From the IMG/VR virus record IMGVR_UViG_3300023055_000005: DNA of 64,000 nucleotides; one strand, given 5' to 3'. How positions within the stretch are numbered: position 1 is the stretch's first letter; each line of letters starts with the position of its first letter. The notes under the pieces were generated by a model. That model searched no databases and was not told where the DNA came from. It was given only the letters and a program-made list of their open reading frames with translations. Shown piece after piece: positions 35,876 through 44,884 of this stretch. This DNA comes from a virus (taxonomy: Duplodnaviria > Caudoviricetes). Both the position numbers and the translations under genes were made by a program.

Positions 35876-36082
35876 GCAATCAGCAGTAAAGCCTTACACC
35901 CATAAGCTATCCTCTGGGTGTAAATACTTAGTGGCATCCCAACGTCCTGTAGTGCCCCTCACAGGGCTTTGACTCTAAGACGGATGGACGTTCACGCGTC
36001 TACCTTCGCAAGTCCTACAGGGCGTCTGAGGGCGCCCTACCCCGCAGTACCATGTCCCATCAACAAGAGCACAAAAAGCACA

Positions 36083-37333
36083 ATGAGCATCGAAACCAAG
36101 AACAACGAATCGACCCCGGATCAGACCGCCCTGGTTCAGCTGGCCACGGCCTTCCTCTCCAACCCGTCCAAGGAAACCCACGACGCCTTCCTGAAGGAAG
36201 ACCTCAAGGACGTGACCGAAGGCGGTGACGTGATCACCTACAGCGAAGGCTTCTTCGGCGAGCAGCTGGTCAAGGACATCTCCGCTCGCTTCCCGGAAGC
36301 TGCTGCCTTCGCCGGCGTGCCGGGCTACGCCCTGCAGGCAAGCAACGAAGCTGGCCAGACCGACAAGGCCGATGCCGAATTCGCTGCTGACGCCGATGGC
36401 ACCACCGCGCAGGCTGGCGAAGTCAACCCGCTGGTGCGTGAAGCCGTGCTGCAGTTCCTGGCCCACCCGAACGAAGAAACCTACAACGGTTACTTCATCG
36501 CCCTGTCCCAGACCGGCGGCGCCGGCCTGCCGGCAGAGTACTCGCAGAACGAGCAGGAGAAGCTGGCTGCCCACCTGACCGAGTTCTACCCGGAACTGGC
36601 TGAAGAAGCCGACCAGTCGCTGATCTCGGACGACCAGGAGACCACCCTGGAAAAGATCGAGGCCATCATCATCGACACCACGGTGGAAACCGAAGTGCGT
36701 CTGGAGCAGCTGGCTTCCGAGCTGATCGCTTCCGACGAGATGGTCCGCGGCGCCTACTGCCAGGCCCTGGGCATCAGCCCGAACGACTACGACAGCGAAG
36801 ACGCGCTGGTGAAGGCGCTGGCTGAAGGCCTGATCGCCCTGGAAGGTCCGACCATCGCCGAAGTGCGCCTGGCCGCCACCCAGAGCCTGCAGAACAACGT
36901 CCGCATCCGCAAGGAAATGGAAGCGCGTCAGGCCGTGAGCGATCACGTCGAAGGTCGTCTGGATCCCCGCGTGCGCGGCAAGATCTCCTCGATCATGACC
37001 AACCGCTACAACTTCCAGTCCCAGTTCGGCGTGCTGCACACCCCCGGCGCCTGGTCCGCTTCCAACAAGCTGGCCAAGGCCATCTCCGAGCACTTCGAAG
37101 TCCTGCAGGGCAACGATGAAGTGACCGAAGAAGCCGTGGTTGAACTGCTGGCCACCCTGGAAGAAGCCGGCAAGGAACTGACCGCCGAATTCGAAGCGGC
37201 CATGACCGGCACCGCTGCGATCTCCTACCTGGATCGTTTCGCCTCCTTCCGCGCTCGTCCGCGTCCGGCCTCGGTGCCGGCTGCTGAAGCTGCGCAGGCT
37301 GTGGGTGAAGGCGACGAAGGTCCGGCTGCGTAA
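36083..37333 (+). CDS. Acidic hypothetical protein (416 aa) with an internal duplicated domain of about 60 aa
   Basis: Extreme codon bias; FLSNPSKETHDAF vs FLAHPNEETYNGY repeats; no tubulin GGGTGSG signature. Confidence 0.85.
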   Translation: MSIETKNNESTPDQTALVQLATAFLSNPSKETHDAFLKEDLKDVTEGGDVITYSEGFFGEQLVKDISARFPEAAAFAGVPGYALQASNEAGQTDKADAEFAADADGTTAQAGEVNPLVREAVLQFLAHPNEETYNGYFIALSQTGGAGLPAEYSQNEQEKLAAHLTEFYPELAEEADQSLISDDQETTLEKIEAIIIDTTVETEVRLEQLASELIASDEMVRGAYCQALGISPNDYDSEDALVKALAEGLIALEGPTIAEVRLAATQSLQNNVRIRKEMEARQAVSDHVEGRLDPRVRGKISSIMTNRYNFQSQFGVLHTPGAWSASNKLAKAISEHFEVLQGNDEVTEEAVVELLATLEEAGKELTAEFEAAMTGTAAISYLDRFASFRARPRPASVPAAEAAQAVGEGDEGPAA

Positions 37334-37351
37334 TCGTTTCAACGCGTGCTT

Positions 37352-37400
37352 CCACTGGGGAGGAGGGGACTTCGGTCCTCTCCTTCCTGGTGGTTTTATG
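37352..37400 (+). terminator. Long UUCG-capped terminator hairpin
   Basis: CCACTGGGGAGGAGGGGAC-TTCG-GTCCTCTCCTTCCTGGTGG-TTTTATG. Confidence 0.8.
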
Positions 37401-37623
37401 TCTGTAGTAAAAAATTACTCACGACCCCTTTCATCTGAATGGAACTTTCCTCTCGGGGGAAACCATTTAAAGGAAGGGGGTATGCGAGAAACTTTAGTGA
37501 AGCTGTTGAGGAGGCGTAGCGTAGCTACTAGCCTCCGAGAATGCTTTCTATGCCCTGTGGAAAGCGTATAGCGCCCACGTTGAGTATTAACTGATAGGGG
37601 ATGGGGATAGTACGATCCTGTTA

Positions 37624-37974
37624 GTGGATGCCCATGAGTACCTAGTCGTGTCAAGTAAAGCACAAGCCTTTGAGCAGTTGAAACCAGCTGCCCTGAAGAA
37701 GAACCTCAAACTCCCTTACTTCAACAATCAGCGTGGGGATGACGCTGAGTACAAAACCGGGATGAAGGCATACAACACTGCCAACCGGAAGATCTACCAA
37801 CTCTTGAAAGAAGCACCTGAGTTTAGTGATGAGCGTAGGTTCTTGAACCATGCTTACGAACGACTGCTCGACTGCATGCCCCAGCCCACGGTCTCACGCA
37901 GAGCTACGAGCCTGCAAGTGTACCTGGATCAACTGGAGGCTTTGACTGTAGTGTGTGAGCAAGCTGCCAGCTAA
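37624..37974 (+). CDS. Hypothetical protein (116 aa), atypical codon usage
   Basis: GTG start; more AT-rich than the core genes. Confidence 0.6.
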   Translation: MDAHEYLVVSSKAQAFEQLKPAALKKNLKLPYFNNQRGDDAEYKTGMKAYNTANRKIYQLLKEAPEFSDERRFLNHAYERLLDCMPQPTVSRRATSLQVYLDQLEALTVVCEQAAS

Positions 37975-38014
37975 TCCTGTGTAGCCATACTCACCCACCC
38001 CTTTGGAGATTTCC

Positions 38015-38488
38015 ATGCGTGACCTTTCCTCCCTGCTCGACCCCAGCGCCGATGCCTCCAGCCGTGTGGACATCCATGCGGTACAGAACGAAGATAGCCA
38101 GTGGCAGCAGTACCTTGCACAGAACCTGCGTATGAGCAAGGTGTACGTGCTGGACGCTGCAGTGTCTGCCGAGAGCATCTCGATGGAGACCCAGCAGTTG
38201 GAGCAGGCCGCACTGGCTGAAGCCTCCGACGAACAACCGGTCTATCCCATCCAGCTGTACGTGCTGGACAATGGGCAGGACTACACCGAGATCCATCGCG
38301 TGCTGAACAAGGCACATGGTGATCCGGACCACACGGTGATCGTGCTGCTTGCCCCGCAGGCAACCGACTCCGAAGTCAAGGGCGATGCAGCGCAGCTGCT
38401 GTCGGTCCATGACCAGCTGGCCAACAGTGGCGCCAAGGTCTACACGACCATCGAAGACGCCACCGAATACCTGAACTCCCTGGTCTAA
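38015..38488 (+). CDS. Conserved hypothetical protein (157 aa)
   Basis: GGAG SD, ATG at 38015, phage codon bias. Confidence 0.8.
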   Translation: MRDLSSLLDPSADASSRVDIHAVQNEDSQWQQYLAQNLRMSKVYVLDAAVSAESISMETQQLEQAALAEASDEQPVYPIQLYVLDNGQDYTEIHRVLNKAHGDPDHTVIVLLAPQATDSEVKGDAAQLLSVHDQLANSGAKVYTTIEDATEYLNSLV

Positions 38489-38590
38489 GGCCAGTAGTGC
38501 TGGGCAGGCCTTCGGGTCTGCTCAGTATGCCCTGTAGTAAATCCCGATACACCCTCTCTTAGCTATGAACAACCAAAGGAGTAGTACCCC

Positions 38591-39181
38591 ATGAAGCGCA
38601 GCCACTATCCGCTGAACCCGCTCTGCCACCTGGCCGCTATCGGCTATTGCTTCCCCGACGATGCCTTCCTCACCCGTGAAGGTGCGCCGAACCTGTTCGA
38701 GCCGACCATGGCTCGTCCGATGGCTACCCACCTGCTCCACTGGCTGGCCCAGCAGGAGAAGTTCCTCAAGCACCTGCCGGACGATCGCAAGGATCTGTTC
38801 TTCAAGGCCGTGGTGATCGATCAGGAACTGCGGGTGAATGTCTACCACGCCTTCGGGCCGGAAGACGTCAACGAATGTCAAGTTGACACCCAGCCGATCT
38901 TCTCCTCGGACTGGATCAACGAAGGCGAGTTCCGTTGGCTGGTCACCCCGATCCTGCACAACTTCACCGGCAAGCGCGGCGGGCTGTTCTCGGCCAAGCC
39001 CAAGCGGACCATCGAAGCGCAGTTCATCAACATGCCCTGCACCGCCAAGCGCTATCGTCCGACCGAGCCCTACAGCTCGTTCAAGATGCGCCTGAACGAT
39101 GTGCAGCTGGGCATGGTGCGTGCTCGTATGGATGCCAAGCAGATCATCAACGGCGATGTGTACGCCGAGTCGGCAGCATAA
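38591..39181 (+). CDS. Conserved hypothetical protein (196 aa)
   Basis: AAGGAG SD, strong codon bias, followed by a terminator. Confidence 0.8.
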   Translation: MKRSHYPLNPLCHLAAIGYCFPDDAFLTREGAPNLFEPTMARPMATHLLHWLAQQEKFLKHLPDDRKDLFFKAVVIDQELRVNVYHAFGPEDVNECQVDTQPIFSSDWINEGEFRWLVTPILHNFTGKRGGLFSAKPKRTIEAQFINMPCTAKRYRPTEPYSSFKMRLNDVQLGMVRARMDAKQIINGDVYAESAA

Positions 39182-39188
39182 TGGTTAT

Positions 39189-39231
39189 GGGGGAGCCTTC
39201 GGGCTCCCCCTAGTCCTATCCCTTTTTTTTT
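39189..39231 (+). terminator. Intrinsic terminator
   Basis: GGGGGAGCC-TTCG-GGCTCCCCC with a downstream T tract. Confidence 0.7.
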
Positions 39232-39297
39232 GGTCACGACATGATCTACGAGTACAATGTCAAAATGCTGACCGGCTTCCCCAAGGAGGAACCCCAC

Positions 39298-39618
39298 ATG
39301 ACGGACAACGTCGTGAACCTGGGTATCGGGATCATCCAACGTGATATTGGAAAGGTCATCGATGCCATGTGCCGTGAGTTTGAGATCAAAGATCTTCGCA
39401 TTACGGTACAGATCACCAAGGATGACTTCGTGGATGTGGATATCCATGAGATCACCTGTGCCTTGCCACCCAATGACTTCCAGGGTCGACTGATGCGTGC
39501 AGTGCGCAGCATGCTGCCCAAGCTGAAGAAGCAGGACGTCAAGACGATCACGATCCGTGCTCGTATCAACTACGCCGACAAACGCGTGATCACTGTCCTG
39601 GCTCACCAGACAGCATAA
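39298..39618 (+). CDS. Hypothetical protein (106 aa)
   Basis: AAGGAGG SD before ATG 39298; an upstream ATG at 39241 lacks an SD. Confidence 0.75.
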   Translation: MTDNVVNLGIGIIQRDIGKVIDAMCREFEIKDLRITVQITKDDFVDVDIHEITCALPPNDFQGRLMRAVRSMLPKLKKQDVKTITIRARINYADKRVITVLAHQTA

Positions 39619-39647
39619 GAGGAGGGGCGAGAGCCCCTCCCCTATGT
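39613..39647. terminator. CATA-hairpin-TATG element between convergent genes
   Basis: GCATAAGA-GGAGGGGC-GAGA-GCCCCTCC-CCTATGT. Confidence 0.7.
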
Positions 39648-39649
39648 CC

Positions 39650-40453
39650 TTAACGACCAGAGGCCATCAAGTGCTTGAGACTGCGCTTCTTCTGTTCGTA
39701 GTCGCCCAGTACCGAGGAGACCTTCCATTCCTTCTGCAGGAACTCCTGGTACATCTCTTCGGCATCAGCGTAACGTTCCACGACGTTCTTGAACGAACCG
39801 ATGCTGAAGCCGCCCCGGATCTCACCTTCGTCGATGAGGATTTCCAGGTGGTTGTAGATGTAGGCCTTGGTGGCCAACTTGGCGCCCTTGGTGAAACGGT
39901 GCCAGGTGCGCGGGTTGAGCGAGGTGAACTCTGCATCGTAGGCCACGATAGCGCGCAGGAAGATGTTGCGCGGCAGGGCCATGTTGTCTTCCACGCAGAT
40001 CACGTTGCGGCCCACCAGACGCACGTAGGCGGTGGACACCAGCGGGATGGGCATGTGCGAGGAGAGCACACCGGAGGCAGCATCGAGCATGGGCGAGTGG
40101 CCACGCATACCCATGTTGGTGGTGCCCATGATCGTGCCTTCGCCGAAGGTCACATTCAGAGGCTGGATGATGTCACGGTTGTTGGTGAGCTTGTCGGGGA
40201 TCTCGTAGATCACCCGGAACTCATCGGCGTATTCCGGACGCAGGCCAACCAGAGGAATGGTGACCTCATGACCACCGGTCAGGTTGTAGTCTTCGATCAA
40301 ACGACCGTAGATCACCTTCTCTCGCAGGCCGGTCTCGTAGTTGATCGGCGCACGGTAACCATCGAACCGCGATGGCGGGTTGAATGCTTCGTTGAGGATC
40401 TGCACCGGAATCGTCGCCGCGATTTCGCGCAATGCTTTGTTGATGACGGACAT
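39650..40453 (-). CDS. Conserved virion structural protein of phiKZ-like phages (267 aa)
   Basis: AGGAGG SD before ATG 40453; IP.QILNEAF and KAYIYNHL.I.ID.G motifs. Confidence 0.7.
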   Translation of the reverse strand: MSVINKALREIAATIPVQILNEAFNPPSRFDGYRAPINYETGLREKVIYGRLIEDYNLTGGHEVTIPLVGLRPEYADEFRVIYEIPDKLTNNRDIIQPLNVTFGEGTIMGTTNMGMRGHSPMLDAASGVLSSHMPIPLVSTAYVRLVGRNVICVEDNMALPRNIFLRAIVAYDAEFTSLNPRTWHRFTKGAKLATKAYIYNHLEILIDEGEIRGGFSIGSFKNVVERYADAEEMYQEFLQKEWKVSSVLGDYEQKKRSLKHLMASGR

Positions 40454-40533
40454 GGCGCCTCCTGGTTTCAATTTCTACACCCCAGACGATGCTATGAACC
40501 GTAGGGTGAACTCATAAGAAAGGAGCCGCTTCA

Positions 40534-40932
40534 ATGAACTTGGAAGAATACCTGTTCAACCGTCTGGGAGAGGAGGCAGCCGAGGTTGTACAAGGCGCCA
40601 CGAAGATCCTCTCCTTCGGGTCAGAGCATCGTGTCCCGTCCAACCGCATGGCCGCCAACGATTACCTGGTCGCTGAAATCAACGATATCCTGGGCGTTGC
40701 TGACTTCCTGAAGGAATGCGGCATCGAGCTGTTTGGTATCGGCAAGCCGCAGGCCCGCGAGGCAAAGATCCAGAAGATCATCACTTACATGCAGGTCTCC
40801 ATCGATGCTGGTCGCCTGACCCTGAGCGATGAAGAACTGACCATGATCAACAACCGCAACGACGGCAAGCCTCTGCACCATCGCATCGGCGATACGGTGG
40901 CGGCTACCTTCGAGCAAAAGGAATCGGCATGA
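40534..40932 (+). CDS. MazG-like all-alpha NTP pyrophosphohydrolase
   Basis: L.EEAAEVVQ..TKIL.FG ... EINDIL matches the EXXE...EXXD pattern. Confidence 0.7.
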   Translation: MNLEEYLFNRLGEEAAEVVQGATKILSFGSEHRVPSNRMAANDYLVAEINDILGVADFLKECGIELFGIGKPQAREAKIQKIITYMQVSIDAGRLTLSDEELTMINNRNDGKPLHHRIGDTVAATFEQKESA

Positions 40933-41129
40933 CCACGCTCTTTGTCTGCGACAAGTGCAATTCGGTTGACACCACGATCGAAGCCTACCCGTCCCGCAAC
41001 TTCGTCCTGAGCAACATGCAGTGCACCAAGTGCCAGACCGGGCAGTGGCACCGTGCATTCCCGCAGTTGCAGTACAAGCCTGAGAAGGACCACGTCATGA
41101 ACCGTGCCAGTGGGATCGGCTTGGGATGA
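40929..41129 (+). CDS. Small zinc-ribbon protein (66 aa)
   Basis: CDKC...CTKC; ATGA overlap with the preceding gene. Confidence 0.75.
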   Translation: MTTLFVCDKCNSVDTTIEAYPSRNFVLSNMQCTKCQTGQWHRAFPQLQYKPEKDHVMNRASGIGLG

Positions 41130-41512
41130 CCAAGTTCATTGTCGATTACGATTCCAAGACCAACACCCCTGAATCGGTGAAGGACTTCGAACGACTCGCC
41201 AATCGAGGTAACCCCGGACTGTACCGACTGGACTACATGTGGGTACTGAAGTTCGCAGTGAAGATGCTGGGCGAGGTGGCACTGACTCGTGATCGTGACG
41301 ATGTGGCCATGGTGATCCAGGAGCTGTACAGCAACTTACACTTGCTGGTGGATTACCCGGATATGGCCGAACCGATGGCAGAAGACATTGTCCGCGAGGT
41401 CAATCGACTGGCCACCTTCTTACCCGACGATCTGGTACTCAGTGATGATCGTCCGAGACGGTGTGAGATCATCGACCATCGACATGGCGCACTGTTGATT
41501 GAGATCCTGTAA
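41126..41512 (+). CDS. Hypothetical protein (128 aa)
   Basis: ATGA-coupled and followed by a terminator. Confidence 0.75.
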   Translation: MTKFIVDYDSKTNTPESVKDFERLANRGNPGLYRLDYMWVLKFAVKMLGEVALTRDRDDVAMVIQELYSNLHLLVDYPDMAEPMAEDIVREVNRLATFLPDDLVLSDDRPRRCEIIDHRHGALLIEIL

Positions 41513-41514
41513 CT

Positions 41515-41542
41515 GGCCGGGGTTCGCCCCGGCCTTTATGCC
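41515..41542 (+). terminator. Hairpin-TATGCC element
   Basis: GGCCGGGG-TTCG-CCCCGGCC-TTTATGCC. Confidence 0.75.
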
Positions 41543-41637
41543 CCAACGCTCTGTAAAGCTCTCTAAGGAGCGTCCAGCGTAAATAAGTACTCCCATAGCC
41601 TTTTCTATGTAGAAGAGCCCTAGAGGCCATTCTAACG

Positions 41638-41658
41638 AGTTTCAGACCTACACTATCT
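41638..41658 (+). promoter_or_regulatory. Early-type promoter, identical 21-mer to 53409-53429
   Basis: AGTTTCAGACCTACACTATCT. Confidence 0.7.
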
Positions 41659-41686
41659 CAGTGTAGTGTACCAGTGGAGTTTCACA

Positions 41687-42067
41687 ATGCGTCGGGCAAT
41701 ACTCATCTACGACATCACAGCCGAACATCGGGATGTCCGCAGAATAGTGCGCGACGCCTTACATCGTCGCGAGGAGCTAGTCGTCATCGACAGCTTCAGA
41801 GAGGGAAAGTTCGCAGCTGCCGTGAGAGAGTGGTTCGTCTACTTTCTTCTGGAGTACGCCTACCTCGGCGTGCCACCCACCTTCGGCTTCCGTCCTGATC
41901 CTCGTCTCGAAGATTTCTTCGAGCGCAAAACTTCGCCTCAGTTGATCACTCTTGCTCGAAAGCTCCGGATTCCATGGGAGCTCTCTGAAGAGACTCCCGT
42001 CATTGATATCCGGGAGCGCGATCTAGTGCTGACCTATAACAACGTAGATACATCGAGATGGACGTGA
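41687..42067 (+). CDS. Hypothetical protein (126 aa)
   Basis: GGAG SD before ATG 41687; first gene of an operon. Confidence 0.75.
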   Translation: MRRAILIYDITAEHRDVRRIVRDALHRREELVVIDSFREGKFAAAVREWFVYFLLEYAYLGVPPTFGFRPDPRLEDFFERKTSPQLITLARKLRIPWELSEETPVIDIRERDLVLTYNNVDTSRWT

Positions 42068-42068
42068 C

Positions 42069-42542
42069 ATGAGACACACCGCGCGGATTTACGACCTCGG
42101 CAATCTTGCCCGCAGGATGGTTCGAAACATCGAGGACTTCCTGGAGCTGTACGGCGACAAGAAGACCCCCCGTCCGAACATCACCGAATGTGGTCAGATG
42201 TTGGTCACCATCCTCACCAATGAAATCGACCGGCGCGCCAAGTGGGCCAGTCCGATCGGCCACGAAGAGCTGTTCGCGCAGCTGCTGCCGTGGACCTTGA
42301 ACATCGAGAAGGGACCGGTTTACGAAGACTTCTACACCCAGGTGATCGACCGTGCTGTCGTGGCGATCAACCGCTGGCTGGAAGCCTTCATGGAACGGGA
42401 TACATGGATGATCTGGGAGGTTGAGAAAATCACCCCCCTGACGATCTCCCTCGTACCCAAGCAGGACTATCGAATCGAAGAGTGGACCCGCTTGAAAGAG
42501 AATGGCTTCCTGGACAAGTTCCGGGACGGGCGCCACAACTGA
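42069..42542 (+). CDS. Conserved hypothetical protein (157 aa)
   Basis: Tightly packed operon gene with phage codon bias. Confidence 0.8.
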   Translation: MRHTARIYDLGNLARRMVRNIEDFLELYGDKKTPRPNITECGQMLVTILTNEIDRRAKWASPIGHEELFAQLLPWTLNIEKGPVYEDFYTQVIDRAVVAINRWLEAFMERDTWMIWEVEKITPLTISLVPKQDYRIEEWTRLKENGFLDKFRDGRHN

Positions 42543-42551
42543 GGCATTACA

Positions 42552-43001
42552 ATGTCAAGCACTGTGCTAGGCGACATTCAGGGTCTGCTGAGATCCTTCG
42601 TTCAAGACCTTCAGTACGCCTGCGATTACGACGAACCCAAGCATCTCCACATTGATGCCCTGTCGGTCGCAGAGGTCATCCTTGATGAATACTTCTCGGA
42701 TATTTCGCTACTGCTGCGTGAACCGGTTGACTTCCTCCGTCGCTATGAGATCTCTCATGAGCGGAAGAAAGAGATCATCAACAATTTCAAAGCTGCACTC
42801 GAAGACTACATCCACCGCATCTGCCGCATCCACCCCCGCTTCCATTACAGCTATCGGCTGGACGGCAGTGGGACGCTGGAGATCGTGCAGATGGACATGG
42901 ACCCCCAAGGGCCGCGCCTCAAGTTCCACTGCGAGCGCAGTGACGAGGATGACCCAGAGGGCATGGGGACTTACGTTCCCGAACGCCAGAGACGACGATA
43001 A
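42552..43001 (+). CDS. Hypothetical protein (149 aa)
   Basis: GAGG SD; TAATG coupling to the next gene. Confidence 0.75.
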   Translation: MSSTVLGDIQGLLRSFVQDLQYACDYDEPKHLHIDALSVAEVILDEYFSDISLLLREPVDFLRRYEISHERKKEIINNFKAALEDYIHRICRIHPRFHYSYRLDGSGTLEIVQMDMDPQGPRLKFHCERSDEDDPEGMGTYVPERQRRR

Positions 43002-43567
43002 TGGAACAGACGCTTGTCATCATTGATGCAAGCAGACTGCTCAAGGAGATGGCCCCCTACCTCGAACACCTCCGGGTGTTCGGGGTGGATGAGCCTTCTA
43101 TGCTCGCACATCTGTTTGCGGTTATGCGACACCCCAATCAAAACCAGTACGTCCAGAGGATGTCGCGCGATCTTATACTGGAGCTTGACGAGAACTTCTA
43201 CTCCAGCAAATTCCCACCTAATAGTAGCGGCGATGTAAAATACGATCGTGTTGCACATGCAATGATCGACGCGCTCGGTGACGGCCTCCAAGTCCTGATC
43301 CCAACGCTCGAAACGATCCTAGGAGACTATCGGCACTCCGCAACGCTGCATGGTTTTGTGGGCCGAGACATAGTGGTGGCCGTAACGGTCCCCGAGAAGA
43401 CTGCCGATGAAGACAAAGAAAATGCTGCTACTGCTTCCGATGCGGGAGGCGGAGAAACGACTGACGGAAGTGGAACGGGATCTGGACCAGCTACCCCTGG
43501 CCTACCCGTTCAGCCAACTCGTCGCCCTTACGTTCAGACTCTGGATGATGATCACGAGTCTGGATGA
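43001..43567 (+). CDS. Paralog-array protein 1 (188 aa; tail overlaps the next gene)
   Basis: Motif LHGFVGRDIVV near the C-terminus. Confidence 0.75.
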   Translation: MEQTLVIIDASRLLKEMAPYLEHLRVFGVDEPSMLAHLFAVMRHPNQNQYVQRMSRDLILELDENFYSSKFPPNSSGDVKYDRVAHAMIDALGDGLQVLIPTLETILGDYRHSATLHGFVGRDIVVAVTVPEKTADEDKENAATASDAGGGETTDGSGTGSGPATPGLPVQPTRRPYVQTLDDDHESG

Positions 43568-43874
43568 TGACGAGGACAAGACCGGCGCAGACCTCATCTA
43601 CGACGACGAAGCCTTCAAGCATGTACTGGAGAAGCTCGTCGCCGAAGATGCGGATCTGTCCGAGTTCGAGTACGACGAATTTGTCAAGGCGCTAGCCACG
43701 TTCGAAAAGGGCGTCGGCAGGCTGTACGCCGAACTGGCTCCGTACCTGAAGCCGTTCGAGAAGTACATCAATCGCAACAGTGAAAGTCCCATCAATTTCC
43801 AGGGCTGGCTTGCCAGTGATCTGGTGGTGGAACTAGAGACCAACGAATCATGCCAAAACCCGTCGGCGGAATAA
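43440..43874 (+). CDS. Paralog-array protein 2 (start uncertain: 43407, 43422 or 43440)
   Basis: Motif FQGWLASDLVV near the C-terminus. Confidence 0.75.
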   Translation: MREAEKRLTEVERDLDQLPLAYPFSQLVALTFRLWMMITSLDDDEDKTGADLIYDDEAFKHVLEKLVAEDADLSEFEYDEFVKALATFEKGVGRLYAELAPYLKPFEKYINRNSESPINFQGWLASDLVVELETNESCQNPSAE

Positions 43875-44269
43875 GCCTGATCCTACCGACCAGAGATATC
43901 ATCCGCGGCCATCGGTTCAATGAGTCTACGTTCCAACTCATGGGGCAGAGTGCCAAGATGCTGGGGAGGTTTACTCTCCAGCAGTGGATTCAGAATCAAC
44001 TGGATCGGCGCAGGTATTACACGGGTTACGTCAGTCAAGCTGAACTCCTGGAAGATGCGGTGCTCACCTACATCGTTGAACCCAGGACAGACCTCGAAGA
44101 GGACGTGCTACGGAAGGCAACCCATCGCATGATGGATATCGTGATGGATTATCACGAGACGATTAACCCTCTACTGGGCGGTTTCTGCGAACACGCAGTT
44201 GACGTTACCCAAATTCGTTTTGATGACTGGCTCGGCACTGACATGATTGTTGCTGTCGACCGGTTCTAA
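43850..44269 (+). CDS. Paralog-array protein 3 (139 aa)
   Basis: Motif FDDWLGTDMIV near the C-terminus. Confidence 0.75.
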   Translation: MPKPVGGISLILPTRDIIRGHRFNESTFQLMGQSAKMLGRFTLQQWIQNQLDRRRYYTGYVSQAELLEDAVLTYIVEPRTDLEEDVLRKATHRMMDIVMDYHETINPLLGGFCEHAVDVTQIRFDDWLGTDMIVAVDRF

Positions 44270-44853
44270 TGGAGCTAGAGATGGAAGCAAAGAAAGAAAG
44301 CCCCGCCAAGATCGTCCTGCAACACGACCCCGTTCCAGAGATCCCCTCCTACCGTCCAGCCCATACGAACAATGAGCAGGGGGTTATCGACGATGCGTCG
44401 GCAATAGCCAGCTACAAGGCCAACCCGGAAAAGCACGAGGCTGTCGCCAAGGTCATGATCGAGCAGATCACCAAGATCGCTCACCGGGAACACTCCAAGC
44501 GCGGACAGGACGTCGTCCACAAGGGCTCGGTGATCTTGACCACCAAGCGAGCCTTCGAGGACTTCGAGCAGACCGCAGCGATGATGTCCAACGTCAACTA
44601 CGACGAGGATGAGATCGGAGCGGCCATCCTGAACTCGATGCGCACAGGGCAACCGGTGCTGGCTGCGAACATGCCCAATGACGAAGATGCCCAGATCCTG
44701 CTGCGAGCCACTGAAAAGCTCAGGCAGGGTGTCGTCAATGCCGTGAACACCGCCCAGATCGATCACAGCGAACTTGACAAGACGTTGGTCTTCGATGGCT
44801 GGTGCTGCGGCGACATGGTGCTGGAGCACATCGAGATCAAAGAAGATCACTGA
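44269..44853 (+). CDS. Paralog-array protein 4 (194 aa)
   Basis: Motif FDGWCCGDMVL near the C-terminus; TAATG coupling. Confidence 0.75.
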   Translation: MELEMEAKKESPAKIVLQHDPVPEIPSYRPAHTNNEQGVIDDASAIASYKANPEKHEAVAKVMIEQITKIAHREHSKRGQDVVHKGSVILTTKRAFEDFEQTAAMMSNVNYDEDEIGAAILNSMRTGQPVLAANMPNDEDAQILLRATEKLRQGVVNAVNTAQIDHSELDKTLVFDGWCCGDMVLEHIEIKEDH

Positions 44854-44884
44854 TCTTATGACACCAAGTTGACATAGGCCCACC

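Noticed and set aside
36083-37333. PhuZ tubulin by synteny
   Set aside because: No GGGTGSG-like signature or tubulin N-terminal motifs.
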